A DNA stretch of 64,000 nt from Escherichia phage Phi1. The stretch lies in the sequence record EF437941; one strand, written 5' to 3'. A model generated the notes under the pieces. That model made no database searches, had not been told where the DNA came from, and saw nothing but the letters and a program-made list of their open reading frames with translations. A program made the translations under genes and the position numbers. This document shows, piece after piece, positions 17,794 through 26,069 of the stretch. Position 1 is the stretch's first letter; every line of letters begins with the position of its first letter.

Positions 17794-19845
17794 TTACATT
17801 TTAAATTTATCTGGCATTGCGTCTACAGATACCAGATCAGCGATAAGCTGACGTAGAGTTGCCTTATCTGCTTTCTTACGTTCGGTTTTAGCTTCGCTAA
17901 TGAAGCTGGAGAAAGACAGGTCAGAAGCAGGTTTAACAACACCTTCACGGATGAATGCATCACCGTCCGCGATCATCTCACCAGATTCTTGTAATGCTGC
18001 CAGTTCACTTTTGTTCATAATATGTGCCTCAATGTAATAAGTTTCTTGTGAATCCGTAGATGCCGTAGCACGAGTTACCGTATCAAAGGATAACACAACA
18101 CCGCGAGGAAGTAAAATCTCGCATTCTTTGTAAGCAAATGCTTTGTTACCTACTGGCAATACAGGGATGTTTTCCGCGCCAGCAATGGAGAAAGCAACAT
18201 TAGCGCCACCTTCACCGCGAGATCCAGCCATAGAATCTACCCCAGCAACGGCACTAGCCACGTTTGCATTCCAGCCGCCAAAAATGTTAGGTGCAAGGGA
18301 AGTGCTCACGTAGTTTTTAAAGTAAAACGCTTTTTGCTTACGTGCAGTTTCCCACATTTGAGACCGGAAGTCCATACCACGATACAGAATAGTACCCGGA
18401 TCAAGTTTAACGCCATAGTTAGAGAAGGCATTATCCAGTGCATCGCACATCTTGACCAATTCTTCTGGATCTGCGATTCCCTCAAACTCTTCCAGCTTGC
18501 GATCAGTTAGGAAGTTGTTCATATTGATGTATGCTGCATCGGCATATTCGCTCAACACAAAACCTTCCGCGCCCGGCAGATCAAGATCAATATCTGCCAT
18601 CATTTCACCCATGTTGCTAGCAATTGCTTCAAACATACCGGACGCAACATTACGAAGGGCATCGGTTTTAATCTGGGTGATATGACTACGCAGCATTTCA
18701 GCTTTTACATCTGCTGGCATAGACTGGTCTACTCGATCCATTGCCAGGGCGGTGATCTTGTTTTCGAATACTTCCTCGCTCATGATTTCTTTTAAGCGTT
18801 TGATTGATGCTGCGATAACTTCCGCAGACAACGGATCATATTGATCCTGAACTTTTACCAGTTCGCTTACTGCGTATTTTGCATCGGCTTCGCTTTCAAA
18901 AATAGTACGCATGAAACCATAGCGAGTGATAATATCACTTGTCCAGTCATTCAGAGAACGGGCGGTTGAACGTTCTAAGGCTTGACGGTCAATCAGAGTA
19001 TTAAACTGTTTCTTAGGTTCTGCTTCGGTGATATCTTCTTCCGGTTTAAGATTAATTTTTTCTGGATGATTCACATAGTCGCTGTTATAGGTCGCTTGAG
19101 TTTTCAGCATTTCTTCTTTAGTCAAACGAGATTTAGCCGCTACGCGTTGTTCCGCTTCCGCGTTTCGTTCTTCTTCTGACACAAGACTAGCCGCATATGC
19201 CTCATCTTTAGTCAGAGATTCACCAGTAGCCTTAGATACCCAGCGATCACCTAAATCACTTTCTACTTTAGTGAACAAGGATTCATCAAGTTTAATCCCT
19301 TTAATCTTATCAATCGCCATCCCGCGACGCTTGACAACAACTAAAGCGATCTTTTTGCTGGTCATTACTTCCTGCTGGAATACTTCAAACTTCGGTGTAC
19401 GACGCACCAAACGCTCTATAACGCGCTTAACCAGTTCGGTCTTACCTTTCATGCGGGATACGTTAAAACGGAACATAACAGCGTCTAATTGCGCTTTACG
19501 GGCTGTTTCCATAACCACATCAAACGCACTTGCCATAACTGCAATCGGGTTATCGCCTAGACCATTTTTAAGCTGTACAATACGACCGCTTTTGTTCATT
19601 TCGCACAGTACAACATGTGCGGTCTTGTCACCCATACGAATGATTTTAGGTGTTTTGTTGGTGAAGTTACAAAGACGGACAATCACATCTTTATCGCGTG
19701 TCTGTACTGCAAAAAGCTGTTTAGGATTCTGCTTCGGCTTTAAGCACTGTACCGGAGCAATACTGCCAAAGTTTTCTTCCTCTTCCGTCAACAGCCATTT
19801 CTCGAAAGATTCAATCATTAGATCGTCGATTTCTAAGTTAAACAT
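17794..19845 (-). CDS. alt: Alt ADP-ribosyltransferase
   Basis: 683 aa (T4 Alt is 682 aa); FTKVESDLGD, YRGMDFRS, AFYFKNYVSTSLAPNIFGGWN and EILLPRG match T4 Alt FTKVESKVGD, VFYFRNFVSTSLYPNIFGTWM and EVILPRG. Confidence 0.85.
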   Translation of the reverse strand: MFNLEIDDLMIESFEKWLLTEEEENFGSIAPVQCLKPKQNPKQLFAVQTRDKDVIVRLCNFTNKTPKIIRMGDKTAHVVLCEMNKSGRIVQLKNGLGDNPIAVMASAFDVVMETARKAQLDAVMFRFNVSRMKGKTELVKRVIERLVRRTPKFEVFQQEVMTSKKIALVVVKRRGMAIDKIKGIKLDESLFTKVESDLGDRWVSKATGESLTKDEAYAASLVSEEERNAEAEQRVAAKSRLTKEEMLKTQATYNSDYVNHPEKINLKPEEDITEAEPKKQFNTLIDRQALERSTARSLNDWTSDIITRYGFMRTIFESEADAKYAVSELVKVQDQYDPLSAEVIAASIKRLKEIMSEEVFENKITALAMDRVDQSMPADVKAEMLRSHITQIKTDALRNVASGMFEAIASNMGEMMADIDLDLPGAEGFVLSEYADAAYINMNNFLTDRKLEEFEGIADPEELVKMCDALDNAFSNYGVKLDPGTILYRGMDFRSQMWETARKQKAFYFKNYVSTSLAPNIFGGWNANVASAVAGVDSMAGSRGEGGANVAFSIAGAENIPVLPVGNKAFAYKECEILLPRGVVLSFDTVTRATASTDSQETYYIEAHIMNKSELAALQESGEMIADGDAFIREGVVKPASDLSFSSFISEAKTERKKADKATLRQLIADLVSVDAMPDKFKM

Positions 19846-19891
19846 TTTATATCCTCTAGTTGATAACCTATAAACCTATATTTATGAAAAA

Positions 19892-19906
19892 GGGGCTTAA
19901 CGCCCC
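19892..19906 (-). terminator. hairpin terminator upstream of alt (minus strand)
   Basis: GGGGC-ttaac-GCCCC hairpin with flanking U-tract on the minus strand; lies between gene 19914..20126 and alt. Confidence 0.4.
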
Positions 19907-19913
19907 CCTTTTA

Positions 19914-20126
19914 TTATAATGCACCATCGAGCAATTGCTCTAAGGTGTATCCTGAATAGTCTTTTTCAATCAGGGTATATTTTCCTACTCGTTTAATACA
20001 ACCGCGCATTTCAACGTATTCTGCGTAGTTGATGGTACGAGTTGTTCCATCTTCCAGTAATGCAGTACCGATTTCGTTAATGCGGTCATAAGTTACGTCG
20101 GTAATGATGATTTCGATGTTAGCCAT
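19914..20126 (-). CDS. hypothetical protein (70 aa)
   Basis: ORF preceded by the conserved PeSL leader and RBS. Confidence 0.55.
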   Translation of the reverse strand: MANIEIIITDVTYDRINEIGTALLEDGTTRTINYAEYVEMRGCIKRVGKYTLIEKDYSGYTLEQLLDGAL

Positions 20127-20156
20127 TTGATACTCCTTAGTAGTTCGTTTCGGTAT

Positions 20157-20191
20157 GGGTGTATTATGATATACACCCTCTGTTATGTCAA
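20157..20191 (-). promoter_or_regulatory. PeSL-type early promoter cassette (stem-loop plus -35 TTGACA)
   Basis: Plus tgtcaa at 20186-20191 (minus TTGACA); palindrome gggtgtat-tatgat-atacaccc at 20157-20178; conserved leader gtttcggtatgggtgtattat and RBS before the ATG at 20126. Confidence 0.6.
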
Positions 20192-20198
20192 CAACTTT

Positions 20199-20378
20199 TT
20201 AGAACATTTTTGAAATTAATTTTGCTTTGATTTCGCAGAGAACACCTAAAGATTTCTCGTCACCCGCTTTTGCTGCTTCTGATTGCATTTTTGAAATGGC
20301 TTCAATGTCAGTGCAATTATAAGCCGCTTGAACTTTAGCGATTGCGATGATTGCCGATTCGATGGTTAAGTGTTTCAT
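20199..20378 (-). CDS. hypothetical small protein (59 aa)
   Basis: ATG 20376-20378 preceded by GGAGAATCAAAC leader; translation MKHLTIESAIIAIAKVQAAYNCTDIEAISKMQSEAAKAGDEKSLGVLCEIKAKLISKMF. Confidence 0.45.
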   Translation of the reverse strand: MKHLTIESAIIAIAKVQAAYNCTDIEAISKMQSEAAKAGDEKSLGVLCEIKAKLISKMF

Positions 20379-20415
20379 GTTTGATTCTCCTTTCGTTTCG
20401 GTATGTGTGTATTAT

Positions 20416-20440
20416 GGGGGATCACCGATCCCCCTGTCAA
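20416..20440 (-). promoter_or_regulatory. PeSL-type early promoter cassette
   Basis: Palindrome gggggatcaccgatcccc (20416-20434) abutting plus tgtcaa 20435-20440; conserved leader downstream. Confidence 0.6.
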
Positions 20441-20447
20441 CAACTTT

Positions 20448-21002
20448 TTAGTTATTTTTTAATTGCTCATCTTGCAATAGGGAAATCACATGCTGGCGAT
20501 GTTCTTCCGATTGAGGGACACCGAAAAAGTTTGTTTTGTAGAAATACTCTAATCGGTCTTCTCGTGTGCTCTCTTCCATCATGATCGCGGGTAGTCCGAG
20601 ATTTCGGAAACGTCGCTTTTCTGCTGGCGTAAAATCACTGTAATACAGCATAGAATCATCGTTACCAGCAATGCTAAACTCATCATTCATGAAGGAGAAT
20701 ATTGCGTTTAAACGCTGTTTACCGTCCACGATTTCGATCTCATAGCGAGAGCCATCATCAATCTTAGCCATTGCGATAGCACCAACCGGAAAATCATTAA
20801 TCAGGTTTTCGATAAACATACGTTTGTTTTCGGTGTCCCATACCAAAGGACGCTGATAATCTGGGTTCATGTTGATATAGCCATCTTCTAACCACGCCTC
20901 ATAAACAGAGATGACAAAGTTTTTAGTATTGGTATAGTAACGGCGTTTAGGCGTTAAACGGTTCATGTTATAGTCTCCTGAATGGATCATCACGTAAATC
21001 AA
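20448..21002 (-). CDS. DUF262 (ParB-like nuclease/NTPase domain) protein
   Basis: Motifs NPDYQRPLVWD and VDGKQRLNAIFSF match the DUF262 signature (FQR..W ... DGQQR). Confidence 0.65.
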   Translation of the reverse strand: MIYVMIHSGDYNMNRLTPKRRYYTNTKNFVISVYEAWLEDGYINMNPDYQRPLVWDTENKRMFIENLINDFPVGAIAMAKIDDGSRYEIEIVDGKQRLNAIFSFMNDEFSIAGNDDSMLYYSDFTPAEKRRFRNLGLPAIMMEESTREDRLEYFYKTNFFGVPQSEEHRQHVISLLQDEQLKNN

Positions 21003-21300
21003 TATCTTTTAAGAACTCATCCCATGAATGGCGGATATTGTTCTTAATTCTCCAGATAAGCGCAGGGATTGAACGCTCTCCCATCTGGAAGTAAGGATCA
21101 TATGATCCGTATGCCCAATATGCTACTACAATTCCACAATCAGCGCAATAATATTCTATTTCACTTGCTGGCGACCAAAGTCCATCAATATGATCGGTGA
21201 TCCTGCTTTCGATGTTATGGCTATGGCAATCAGGGCAACGGATGCAATGACCTTGTTTATCGTAATTTGACGTTAGCGAATACTTAAACAATCTCATCAT
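20968..21300 (-). CDS. zinc-ribbon protein (CxxC...CxxC)
   Basis: CIRCPDCHSH ... YYCADCG Cys pairs; overlaps neighbouring genes at both ends (coupled operon). Confidence 0.5.
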   Translation of the reverse strand: MMRLFKYSLTSNYDKQGHCIRCPDCHSHNIESRITDHIDGLWSPASEIEYYCADCGIVVAYWAYGSYDPYFQMGERSIPALIWRIKNNIRHSWDEFLKDIDLRDDPFRRL

Positions 21301-22013
21301 AGATCCTTATTGGCTTCAAATACTGCCTTTGCGAATCCTCGCGGGGTAAGTGACCTGATAGTCTTTGTTCTGGTTCCTTTCCCGCCTAGCTTAGAATGCT
21401 GTTTACTGTACCCTTTATTAATATGCAACGGTTTCTTTTCTGGCATTATAAAGCCTTGTCCGGTCCATAAGCAAGTCTTTTTCGGGTACATATCACGGGC
21501 GGCAATATACTCAGGAAACGTAGGATGTTTATCATCTTCCGGCAAATAACCGCCATATTCCCACGGATGGAACATGTAATCAGGCTTACGCCACATACTA
21601 GAGATAACGCTTACAGGATTCTCTATCATGTAGGGAACTCCTAGCCATTCACCCAAATAAGCGGTTATTTTAGCTGCCCGTACATCATGAACTTGAATCA
21701 ATGGTCCTTGTTCTCGTTTCTTTCGTTCAAAGTGTGCAGCGCCACTAACAGCTAAATTGGTGCACGGTGGGAATGCAAATATAATATCCGGTTTCCCCCA
21801 TTCAAGGTCCATTGCTCTTTCCAGCCAGTTCAAATCAATCCAGGTGTTTACATAAGTAATGTTTGGATGTTCAAATCTGGTATTATACTTTTTGTATGTA
21901 CCGTGGTCGGCGTCATCCGCATTAAAGCAGACTACCTTATGACCTGCTTTAGCCCATTCTAGCCCCATTATCCCCGATCCGTCAAAGTTGCAGAATATTA
22001 ATTTTTGTTTCAT
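21297..22013 (-). CDS. short C5-cytosine methyltransferase-like protein (putative)
   Basis: FCNFDGSGIMG (motif I-like FxGxG), IIFAFPPCTNLAVSGA (motif IV-like PC catalytic dipeptide), MIENPV (motif VI-like ENV). At 238 aa it is too short to hold a full target-recognition domain. Confidence 0.45.
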   Translation of the reverse strand: MKQKLIFCNFDGSGIMGLEWAKAGHKVVCFNADDADHGTYKKYNTRFEHPNITYVNTWIDLNWLERAMDLEWGKPDIIFAFPPCTNLAVSGAAHFERKKREQGPLIQVHDVRAAKITAYLGEWLGVPYMIENPVSVISSMWRKPDYMFHPWEYGGYLPEDDKHPTFPEYIAARDMYPKKTCLWTGQGFIMPEKKPLHINKGYSKQHSKLGGKGTRTKTIRSLTPRGFAKAVFEANKDL

Positions 22014-22255
22014 ATACGACCCTTTAACCCAGCACAGATTTTAGTCGGTTCTTTACCGTGCCACATTAAGTAAAGTCCGTTAATGCGACCTTGTTTTGTG
22101 TGTGATTCTTTTCTGATCTTCTTATAGTGTCGTGCTTCCTCAACTGATTGTTTAGAATACCAATCATAAAGGAAGAGGCACAAAGGCCAACCATTAGCGG
22201 CCTTAATGCAGTTATTAAGAAATTCCTTATTGCGTTTAATTAATTTTCTTTTCAC
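22010..22255 (-). CDS. hypothetical basic protein (81 aa)
   Basis: ORF translationally coupled to neighbours (4-nt overlaps). Confidence 0.5.
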   Translation of the reverse strand: MKRKLIKRNKEFLNNCIKAANGWPLCLFLYDWYSKQSVEEARHYKKIRKESHTKQGRINGLYLMWHGKEPTKICAGLKGRI

Positions 22256-22503
22256 GCTGCCCCCATTGGTTTGATAGTAACAGAATCTAAAAGACCTTTG
22301 TTAGCCAGTTCGCGGCAAGTTTTCAGATCCGTAACTTCCCAGCCAGCCGCAATCAGGTTATCGATGAGGCTGTTAGCTACTTCCTCGCTCATGAAAGAGC
22401 ACTGTTTGCCGATGGTGTAGCGCACACGATGTAATTTCAGTTTACGGAAGCCTTTAACGTTCAGGTCTTTAGCGATTTTCTTTGCGGTTTCGATGTTAGC
22501 CAT
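22252..22503 (-). CDS. hypothetical protein (83 aa), first gene of the operon
   Basis: Preceded by PeSL leader GGAGAATCAAACA and a promoter cassette. Confidence 0.55.
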   Translation of the reverse strand: MANIETAKKIAKDLNVKGFRKLKLHRVRYTIGKQCSFMSEEVANSLIDNLIAAGWEVTDLKTCRELANKGLLDSVTIKPMGAA

Positions 22504-22550
22504 TGTTTGATTCTCCTAAGTGGTATCTCGTTTCGATGGTTGTATTGTAG

Positions 22551-22573
22551 GGGGAGTTATCCTCCCCTGTCAA
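22551..22573 (-). promoter_or_regulatory. PeSL-type early promoter cassette
   Basis: Hairpin ggggag-ttatc-ctcccc (22551-22567) abutting plus tgtcaa 22568-22573. Confidence 0.55.
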
Positions 22574-22587
22574 CACTTTTTATAAAA

Positions 22588-22755
22588 TTATTTGTTAATT
22601 TCTGGTGCGTTGCTAGGATAGTAACCTTCTTTAACTCCGAGGTATTTCGCAACCATCCCTACAATCTTCTGTGCTACTACAATGTCAAATTTCAGATAAT
22701 CTTCGCCGTGGGTTTCAATGATATATGCTTCACATGCTGCTTTAGTCTCGAACAT
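22588..22755 (-). CDS. hypothetical small protein (55 aa), duplicated gene copy 1
   Basis: MFETKAACEAYIIETHGEDYLKFDIVVAQKIVGMVAKYLGVKEGYYPSNAPEINK; about 90% aa identity to CDS 25863..26030. Confidence 0.55.
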   Translation of the reverse strand: MFETKAACEAYIIETHGEDYLKFDIVVAQKIVGMVAKYLGVKEGYYPSNAPEINK

Positions 22756-22794
22756 TTTGATTCTCCTATTTCGTTTCGGTATGTGTGTAGTATA

Positions 22795-22817
22795 GGGGAT
22801 CTCCCGACCCCCGTCAA
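22795..22817 (-). promoter_or_regulatory. PeSL-type early promoter cassette (imperfect hairpin)
   Basis: ggggatctcccgacccc (one substitution from the palindrome at 27233) followed by plus cgtcaa (minus TTGACG). Confidence 0.5.
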
Positions 22818-22831
22818 CAACTTTTTTAAAA

Positions 22832-23113
22832 TTATTCGTGATTAGTTTCGATGTTGTGCATTTTGCACCAGTTCAACCAATCACCCATATCTTGATAGTT
22901 GATGCTTTTATCTGCTGCCATCGTTTTTGTCTTGATACCCATATGTGCGTTATGAGTAAGCATTTTTACAGTGAACTCAATTTTATCGCCTTTAGCTTTA
23001 ACATCAACCAGTTTGGTCCACTGGCTACCAGCGCCGCGAATGTTCATACCAACGATGTTTCCGATGTATGCTTCTTTGTTTTTCAGGATTTCGGTTGCTT
23101 TGATGAATTTCAT
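22832..23113 (-). CDS. hypothetical protein (93 aa)
   Basis: ORF with conserved PeSL leader upstream. Confidence 0.55.
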   Translation of the reverse strand: MKFIKATEILKNKEAYIGNIVGMNIRGAGSQWTKLVDVKAKGDKIEFTVKMLTHNAHMGIKTKTMAADKSINYQDMGDWLNWCKMHNIETNHE

Positions 23114-23170
23114 TTTTGATTCTCCAGTTCGTTTCGGTATGGGTGTATTATGCTATGTTCTTACTTTGGT

Positions 23171-23176
23171 GTCAAC
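23171..23176 (-). promoter_or_regulatory. early promoter -35 element with conserved leader, no clear stem-loop
   Basis: Plus gtcaac (minus GTTGAC) with leader gtttcggtatgggtgtattat and RBS before the ATG at 23113. Confidence 0.4.
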
Positions 23177-23183
23177 AACTTTT

Positions 23184-23453
23184 TTAGATATTTTCAGAAA
23201 TAAATTTTAAAACTTGACGTAAATGTTTCTCATCTTTGATAGTCGCCGGAAGTTCTTCTTTTACTTCCTGTGCAAGATAGATATTTCCGTTCCAAGTGAA
23301 AGATCCGTCTTTGTTTACGCGATAGCTGAACATCCACTCGCAATCATTTTCGATTTCATATACACACAGAAGGGTGTAATCGTTAAAGCTATTGATTTCA
23401 AGGTCGAAGCCGTGACGTTTTGCAAAGTTGGTAGTGGTTTTAGTCAGTGCCAT
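23184..23453 (-). CDS. hypothetical protein (89 aa)
   Basis: ORF with conserved leader upstream. Confidence 0.55.
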   Translation of the reverse strand: MALTKTTTNFAKRHGFDLEINSFNDYTLLCVYEIENDCEWMFSYRVNKDGSFTWNGNIYLAQEVKEELPATIKDEKHLRQVLKFISENI

Positions 23454-23516
23454 TGTTTGATTCTCCTAAGTGGTATCTCGTTTCGATGGGTGTATTATGC
23501 TATAGGTCGGATCTGG

Positions 23517-23522
23517 TGTCAA
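23517..23522 (-). promoter_or_regulatory. early promoter -35 element with conserved leader
   Basis: Plus tgtcaa (minus TTGACA) preceded on the minus strand by an A-tract; conserved leader follows. Confidence 0.4.
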
Positions 23523-23552
23523 TTCTTTTTTTAAAATTTTATGCAATAAAAA

Positions 23553-23572
23553 AGCCGACGCTAAGGTCGGCT
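23553..23572 (-). terminator. Rho-independent terminator (minus strand)
   Basis: Stem AGCCGAC / GTCGGCT with loop gctaag; minus-strand U-tract (plus A-run 23546-23552). Confidence 0.55.
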
Positions 23573-23579
23573 AATAAAA

Positions 23580-23888
23580 TCATTTAGACAAATAATCATT
23601 CAGTGCAATCCGGTCGGCGTATGCTGGTGTTACGTCAATCGCAATCACTTTAACGCGTGCTTTCTTGCGACCTGGGTTTTCACGTAACCAGTGCTCATGA
23701 CCGTGAACATTTTTATACTGCGATGCTTCTTCGAAGGTACGGATCGGACCTGGGTAATCAGCGTAAAGGATCTCTAGATCTTCGGTGATGTAAAAATATA
23801 CATCATAATTACTGTTCTCTAGTTTAAGCAGAGACTTTCGGAACATTGGGAGATTTTCGCGGGTAAATTCAAAGATATTATCTTTCAT
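23580..23888 (-). CDS. HxHW-motif small protein, paralog family member 1 of 6
   Basis: YDVYFYITEDLEILYADY...HGHEHWLRENPG...VKVIAIDVTPAYADRI; shares the family pattern with five other ORFs. Confidence 0.6.
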   Translation of the reverse strand: MKDNIFEFTRENLPMFRKSLLKLENSNYDVYFYITEDLEILYADYPGPIRTFEEASQYKNVHGHEHWLRENPGRKKARVKVIAIDVTPAYADRIALNDYLSK

Positions 23889-23916
23889 AGTATTATCCTC
23901 AATAGTTGGATGAGAA

Positions 23917-23932
23917 GGGGCGTTAACGCCCC
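23917..23932 (-). terminator. GC hairpin, possible terminator or RNA-stabilising 3' structure
   Basis: GGGGCG-ttaa-CGCCCC; flanking U-tract is weak. Confidence 0.3.
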
Positions 23933-23938
23933 CATATA

Positions 23939-24226
23939 TTAAAACAGTCCTTCATGTACACCGTAGTAGAGTTCGTCGCTGATAATTTCATTAATGCGAC
24001 GGTGTGCATATTCCTGATTTGCGAAGTTGTCAGCAAGTTCTACTTTAGTTTCGCCGTCATGAGTCCATTTAGTGATAACTTTACCATCTGCAAATTTGAA
24101 GTTGAACTCTTTAGCTACTGCATCGCGTACCAGACGTGCAAACTTATTGTTGCGGATTGCATTGTCGGTTTCGTGTGAAGCGTGAGCAAATTTGTTAACT
24201 TTCAGAGTGATAGTGATGTATGCCAT
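23939..24226 (-). CDS. hypothetical protein (95 aa)
   Basis: ORF with PeSL leader; weak similarity to CDS 27265..27576 (shared AKEFN motif). Confidence 0.55.
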   Translation of the reverse strand: MAYITITLKVNKFAHASHETDNAIRNNKFARLVRDAVAKEFNFKFADGKVITKWTHDGETKVELADNFANQEYAHRRINEIISDELYYGVHEGLF

Positions 24227-24266
24227 AATTTGATTCTCCTAGTTAGAAAGTGTATCTCGTTTTGAT

Positions 24267-24301
24267 GGGGATATTATGCTATATCCCCGATCCGGTGTCA
24301 A
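24267..24301 (-). promoter_or_regulatory. PeSL-type early promoter cassette
   Basis: Palindrome ggggatat-tatgct-atatcccc (24267-24288), which contains the -10 CATAAT on the minus strand; plus tgtcaa at 24296-24301 with 17-nt spacer. Confidence 0.6.
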
Positions 24302-24307
24302 CACTTT

Positions 24308-24586
24308 TTATAAAATAATTTTTTGATATTTTTCTATGATGTTCGTGTAAGTCACATCAACCGCTAGCACCGTTGCTTCGAATCCACCGTTTAGCCAATG
24401 GCTATGATCATGGTCGTGAAAGAAACCTAGACCAGTACGAAGACCTTCTTTATATTCTGCGCGTACATTCAGTTTGTCGTCGATAAACAGATAAAACCAT
24501 GAATTTTTACTAGGATTGATGATACAACCTTTCAGATTAGGGAGAATATCACGACTAAGAATAAACTTATCACCTACTTTGAACAT
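24308..24586 (-). CDS. HxHW-motif small protein, paralog family member 2 of 6
   Basis: SWFYLFIDDKLNVRAEY...HDHDHSHWLNGGFEATVLAVDVT; start taken at ATG 24584-24586, which has a GAGGA RBS. Confidence 0.6.
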   Translation of the reverse strand: MFKVGDKFILSRDILPNLKGCIINPSKNSWFYLFIDDKLNVRAEYKEGLRTGLGFFHDHDHSHWLNGGFEATVLAVDVTYTNIIEKYQKIIL

Positions 24587-24590
24587 AATA

Positions 24591-24911
24591 TTAGTCCTCA
24601 CTTATAAGGTCAAACCAATTGTTTTTCGCATAATGCTTAATGCGTGCTTGATCTGCTTCCGCTGGTGATAGATTCCATGCAACCACTACAACTTCTGACG
24701 CATCGTCATCCGTTTCTGATACCCAATGATTGTGATTCATACAGTTATTTGCTATCGAGTGAGCAAATGATTTCATCACTGGAGACGTATAATCATAGTA
24801 ACGGATTTTCAGATTTTCATCAACATACAAATAGATCGTATAAGGTTTATATTCAGTAACCAGTAACAGACAGTTACGCAATTCTGGGAAAATCTTTTTA
24901 GTTAATTTCAT
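24591..24911 (-). CDS. HxHW-motif small protein, paralog family member 3 of 6
   Basis: YTIYLYVDENLKIRYYDY...NHNHWVSETDDDASEVVVVAWNLSPAEADQ. Confidence 0.6.
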   Translation of the reverse strand: MKLTKKIFPELRNCLLLVTEYKPYTIYLYVDENLKIRYYDYTSPVMKSFAHSIANNCMNHNHWVSETDDDASEVVVVAWNLSPAEADQARIKHYAKNNWFDLISED

Positions 24912-25113
24912 ATTCTAGTTCTCCGTAATACACGGTAATCCATTTTTCTTCATACTTTGTATCTTTCCAACACACAATACCGTTTACTGTGCAATCTTTG
25001 GAATTGACGAATGATTCATATTGTTCCGCATCTTCCATCATTTCATGAGCGGTCTTTTCATCGAATATATCGCAGATCGCTTTATATGCTCGATAATCTT
25101 TAAATTTGCTCAT
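24898..25113 (-). CDS. hypothetical small protein, tandem paralog A (MSKFKDY family)
   Basis: MSKFKDYRAYKAICDIFDEKTAHEMMEDAEQ... is paralogous to the adjacent 25116..25325 product (MSKFKDYKAYQQILRVYEPEFAEKMMEDAS). Confidence 0.55.
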   Translation of the reverse strand: MSKFKDYRAYKAICDIFDEKTAHEMMEDAEQYESFVNSKDCTVNGIVCWKDTKYEEKWITVYYGELEYEIN

Positions 25114-25115
25114 AA

Positions 25116-25325
25116 TTAACACCACTCAAGAGTTTTTGAAAACACATCTATCCATTGTTGAGTATATGCGGTTTCTTTCCATGATACAATACCAGTCGAA
25201 TAATGGTTTTTGTTTCCAGAAAAGGACGGGCATTTTGATGCATCTTCCATCATCTTTTCGGCGAACTCTGGTTCGTATACTCGCAAGATCTGTTGATATG
25301 CTTTATAATCTTTAAACTTACTCAT
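25116..25325 (-). CDS. hypothetical small protein, tandem paralog B (MSKFKDY family)
   Basis: See paralog A; start overlaps the upstream stop (ATGA). Confidence 0.55.
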   Translation of the reverse strand: MSKFKDYKAYQQILRVYEPEFAEKMMEDASKCPSFSGNKNHYSTGIVSWKETAYTQQWIDVFSKTLEWC

Positions 25326-25606
25326 AACAACACCACCGATACATCGTAATCATTCGCGGCCTTATCGGCTTCTTCAACCGACATAATACCTTCTGCGACA
25401 ATTGGCATAGGGTGATCGTGATTCCACCAATGGTCATGTATATCAATTTCAGTTTTGCCGGAAAATGAATCATGTTTGACGTTTTTCACTTTATACCCGA
25501 TGTGACCGTCGTGGTCAATAAAGATATAGTTTCCGAAAATCGGTGTCTGTAAAATCATACCGAAAAATTTTTCTTTGTTGTTCGGGTCGAGTGTAATCAT
25601 TTTCAT
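25322..25606 (-). CDS. HxHW-motif small protein, paralog family member 4 of 6
   Basis: NYIFIDHDGHIGYKV...IDIHDHWWNHDHPMPIVAEGIMSVEEADKA. Confidence 0.55.
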   Translation of the reverse strand: MKMITLDPNNKEKFFGMILQTPIFGNYIFIDHDGHIGYKVKNVKHDSFSGKTEIDIHDHWWNHDHPMPIVAEGIMSVEEADKAANDYDVSVVLL

Positions 25607-25619
25607 AATATATTCCTCT

Positions 25620-25799
25620 TAGAAAGGGATGGTCATTTCTTGAGCTTGTACATTCTCATTAGGATTAAACTTAATCCAACCGATATTGTCTACCAGCATA
25701 TGCACATTTTTATCATATCCTACGTGAGTAGTCAACACTAAATGTGATTTACCTTCAACGATGATTTCCATGTACTTCTGAACTTCGATAGCTTTCATT
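25620..25799 (-). CDS. hypothetical small protein (59 aa)
   Basis: ATG 25797-25799 preceded by GGAGAATCAAA leader; translation MKAIEVQKYMEIIVEGKSHLVLTTHVGYDKNVHMLVDNIGWIKFNPNENVQAQEMTIPF. Confidence 0.45.
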
Positions 25800-25825
25800 T
25801 TGATTCTCCGTTTGTTGTCTTGATG

Positions 25826-25860
25826 GGAGTATCTTACTACTCCCTTTAATCATTGTCAAC
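25826..25860 (-). promoter_or_regulatory. PeSL-type early promoter cassette
   Basis: Palindrome gggagta-tcttac-tactccc (25826-25845); plus tgtcaa at 25855-25860; minus-strand -10 TAAGAT sits in the loop. Confidence 0.55.
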
Positions 25861-25862
25861 TA

Positions 25863-26030
25863 TTATTTGTTAATTTCCGGTGCGTTGCTTGGATAGTAAC
25901 CTTCTTTAACACCCAGATATTTTGCAACCATTCCGGTGATCTTCTGTGCTACTACGATATCGAATTTCAGGTAGTCTTCACCGTGGGTTGCTACAAAGTA
26001 TGCTTCGCATTCTGCTTTAGTCTGGAACAT
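25863..26030 (-). CDS. hypothetical small protein (55 aa), duplicated gene copy 2
   Basis: MFQTKAECEAYFVATHGEDYLKFDIVVAQKITGMVAKYLGVKEGYYPSNAPEINK; the ORF-track entry 25863..26117 reads through the promoter, so the start is set at ATG 26028-26030. Confidence 0.55.
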   Translation of the reverse strand: MFQTKAECEAYFVATHGEDYLKFDIVVAQKITGMVAKYLGVKEGYYPSNAPEINK

Positions 26031-26069
26031 TTTGATTCTCCTATATCTCGTTGGTATGTGTGTAGTATA

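Noticed and set aside
19271-19873. 200-aa plus-strand ORF 19271..19873
   Set aside because: Lies wholly antisense within alt, which has strong T4 similarity; no RBS and a biased low-complexity translation.
19879-19886. CATAAATA-like sequence upstream of alt as a late promoter
   Set aside because: One mismatch from TATAAATA and overlapping a terminator hairpin; plausible because T4 Alt is a late virion protein, but not supported well enough to call.
20351-20584. Plus-strand ORF 20351..20584
   Set aside because: It runs through the PeSL promoter cassette and the 5' end of the DUF262 gene on the other strand; no RBS.
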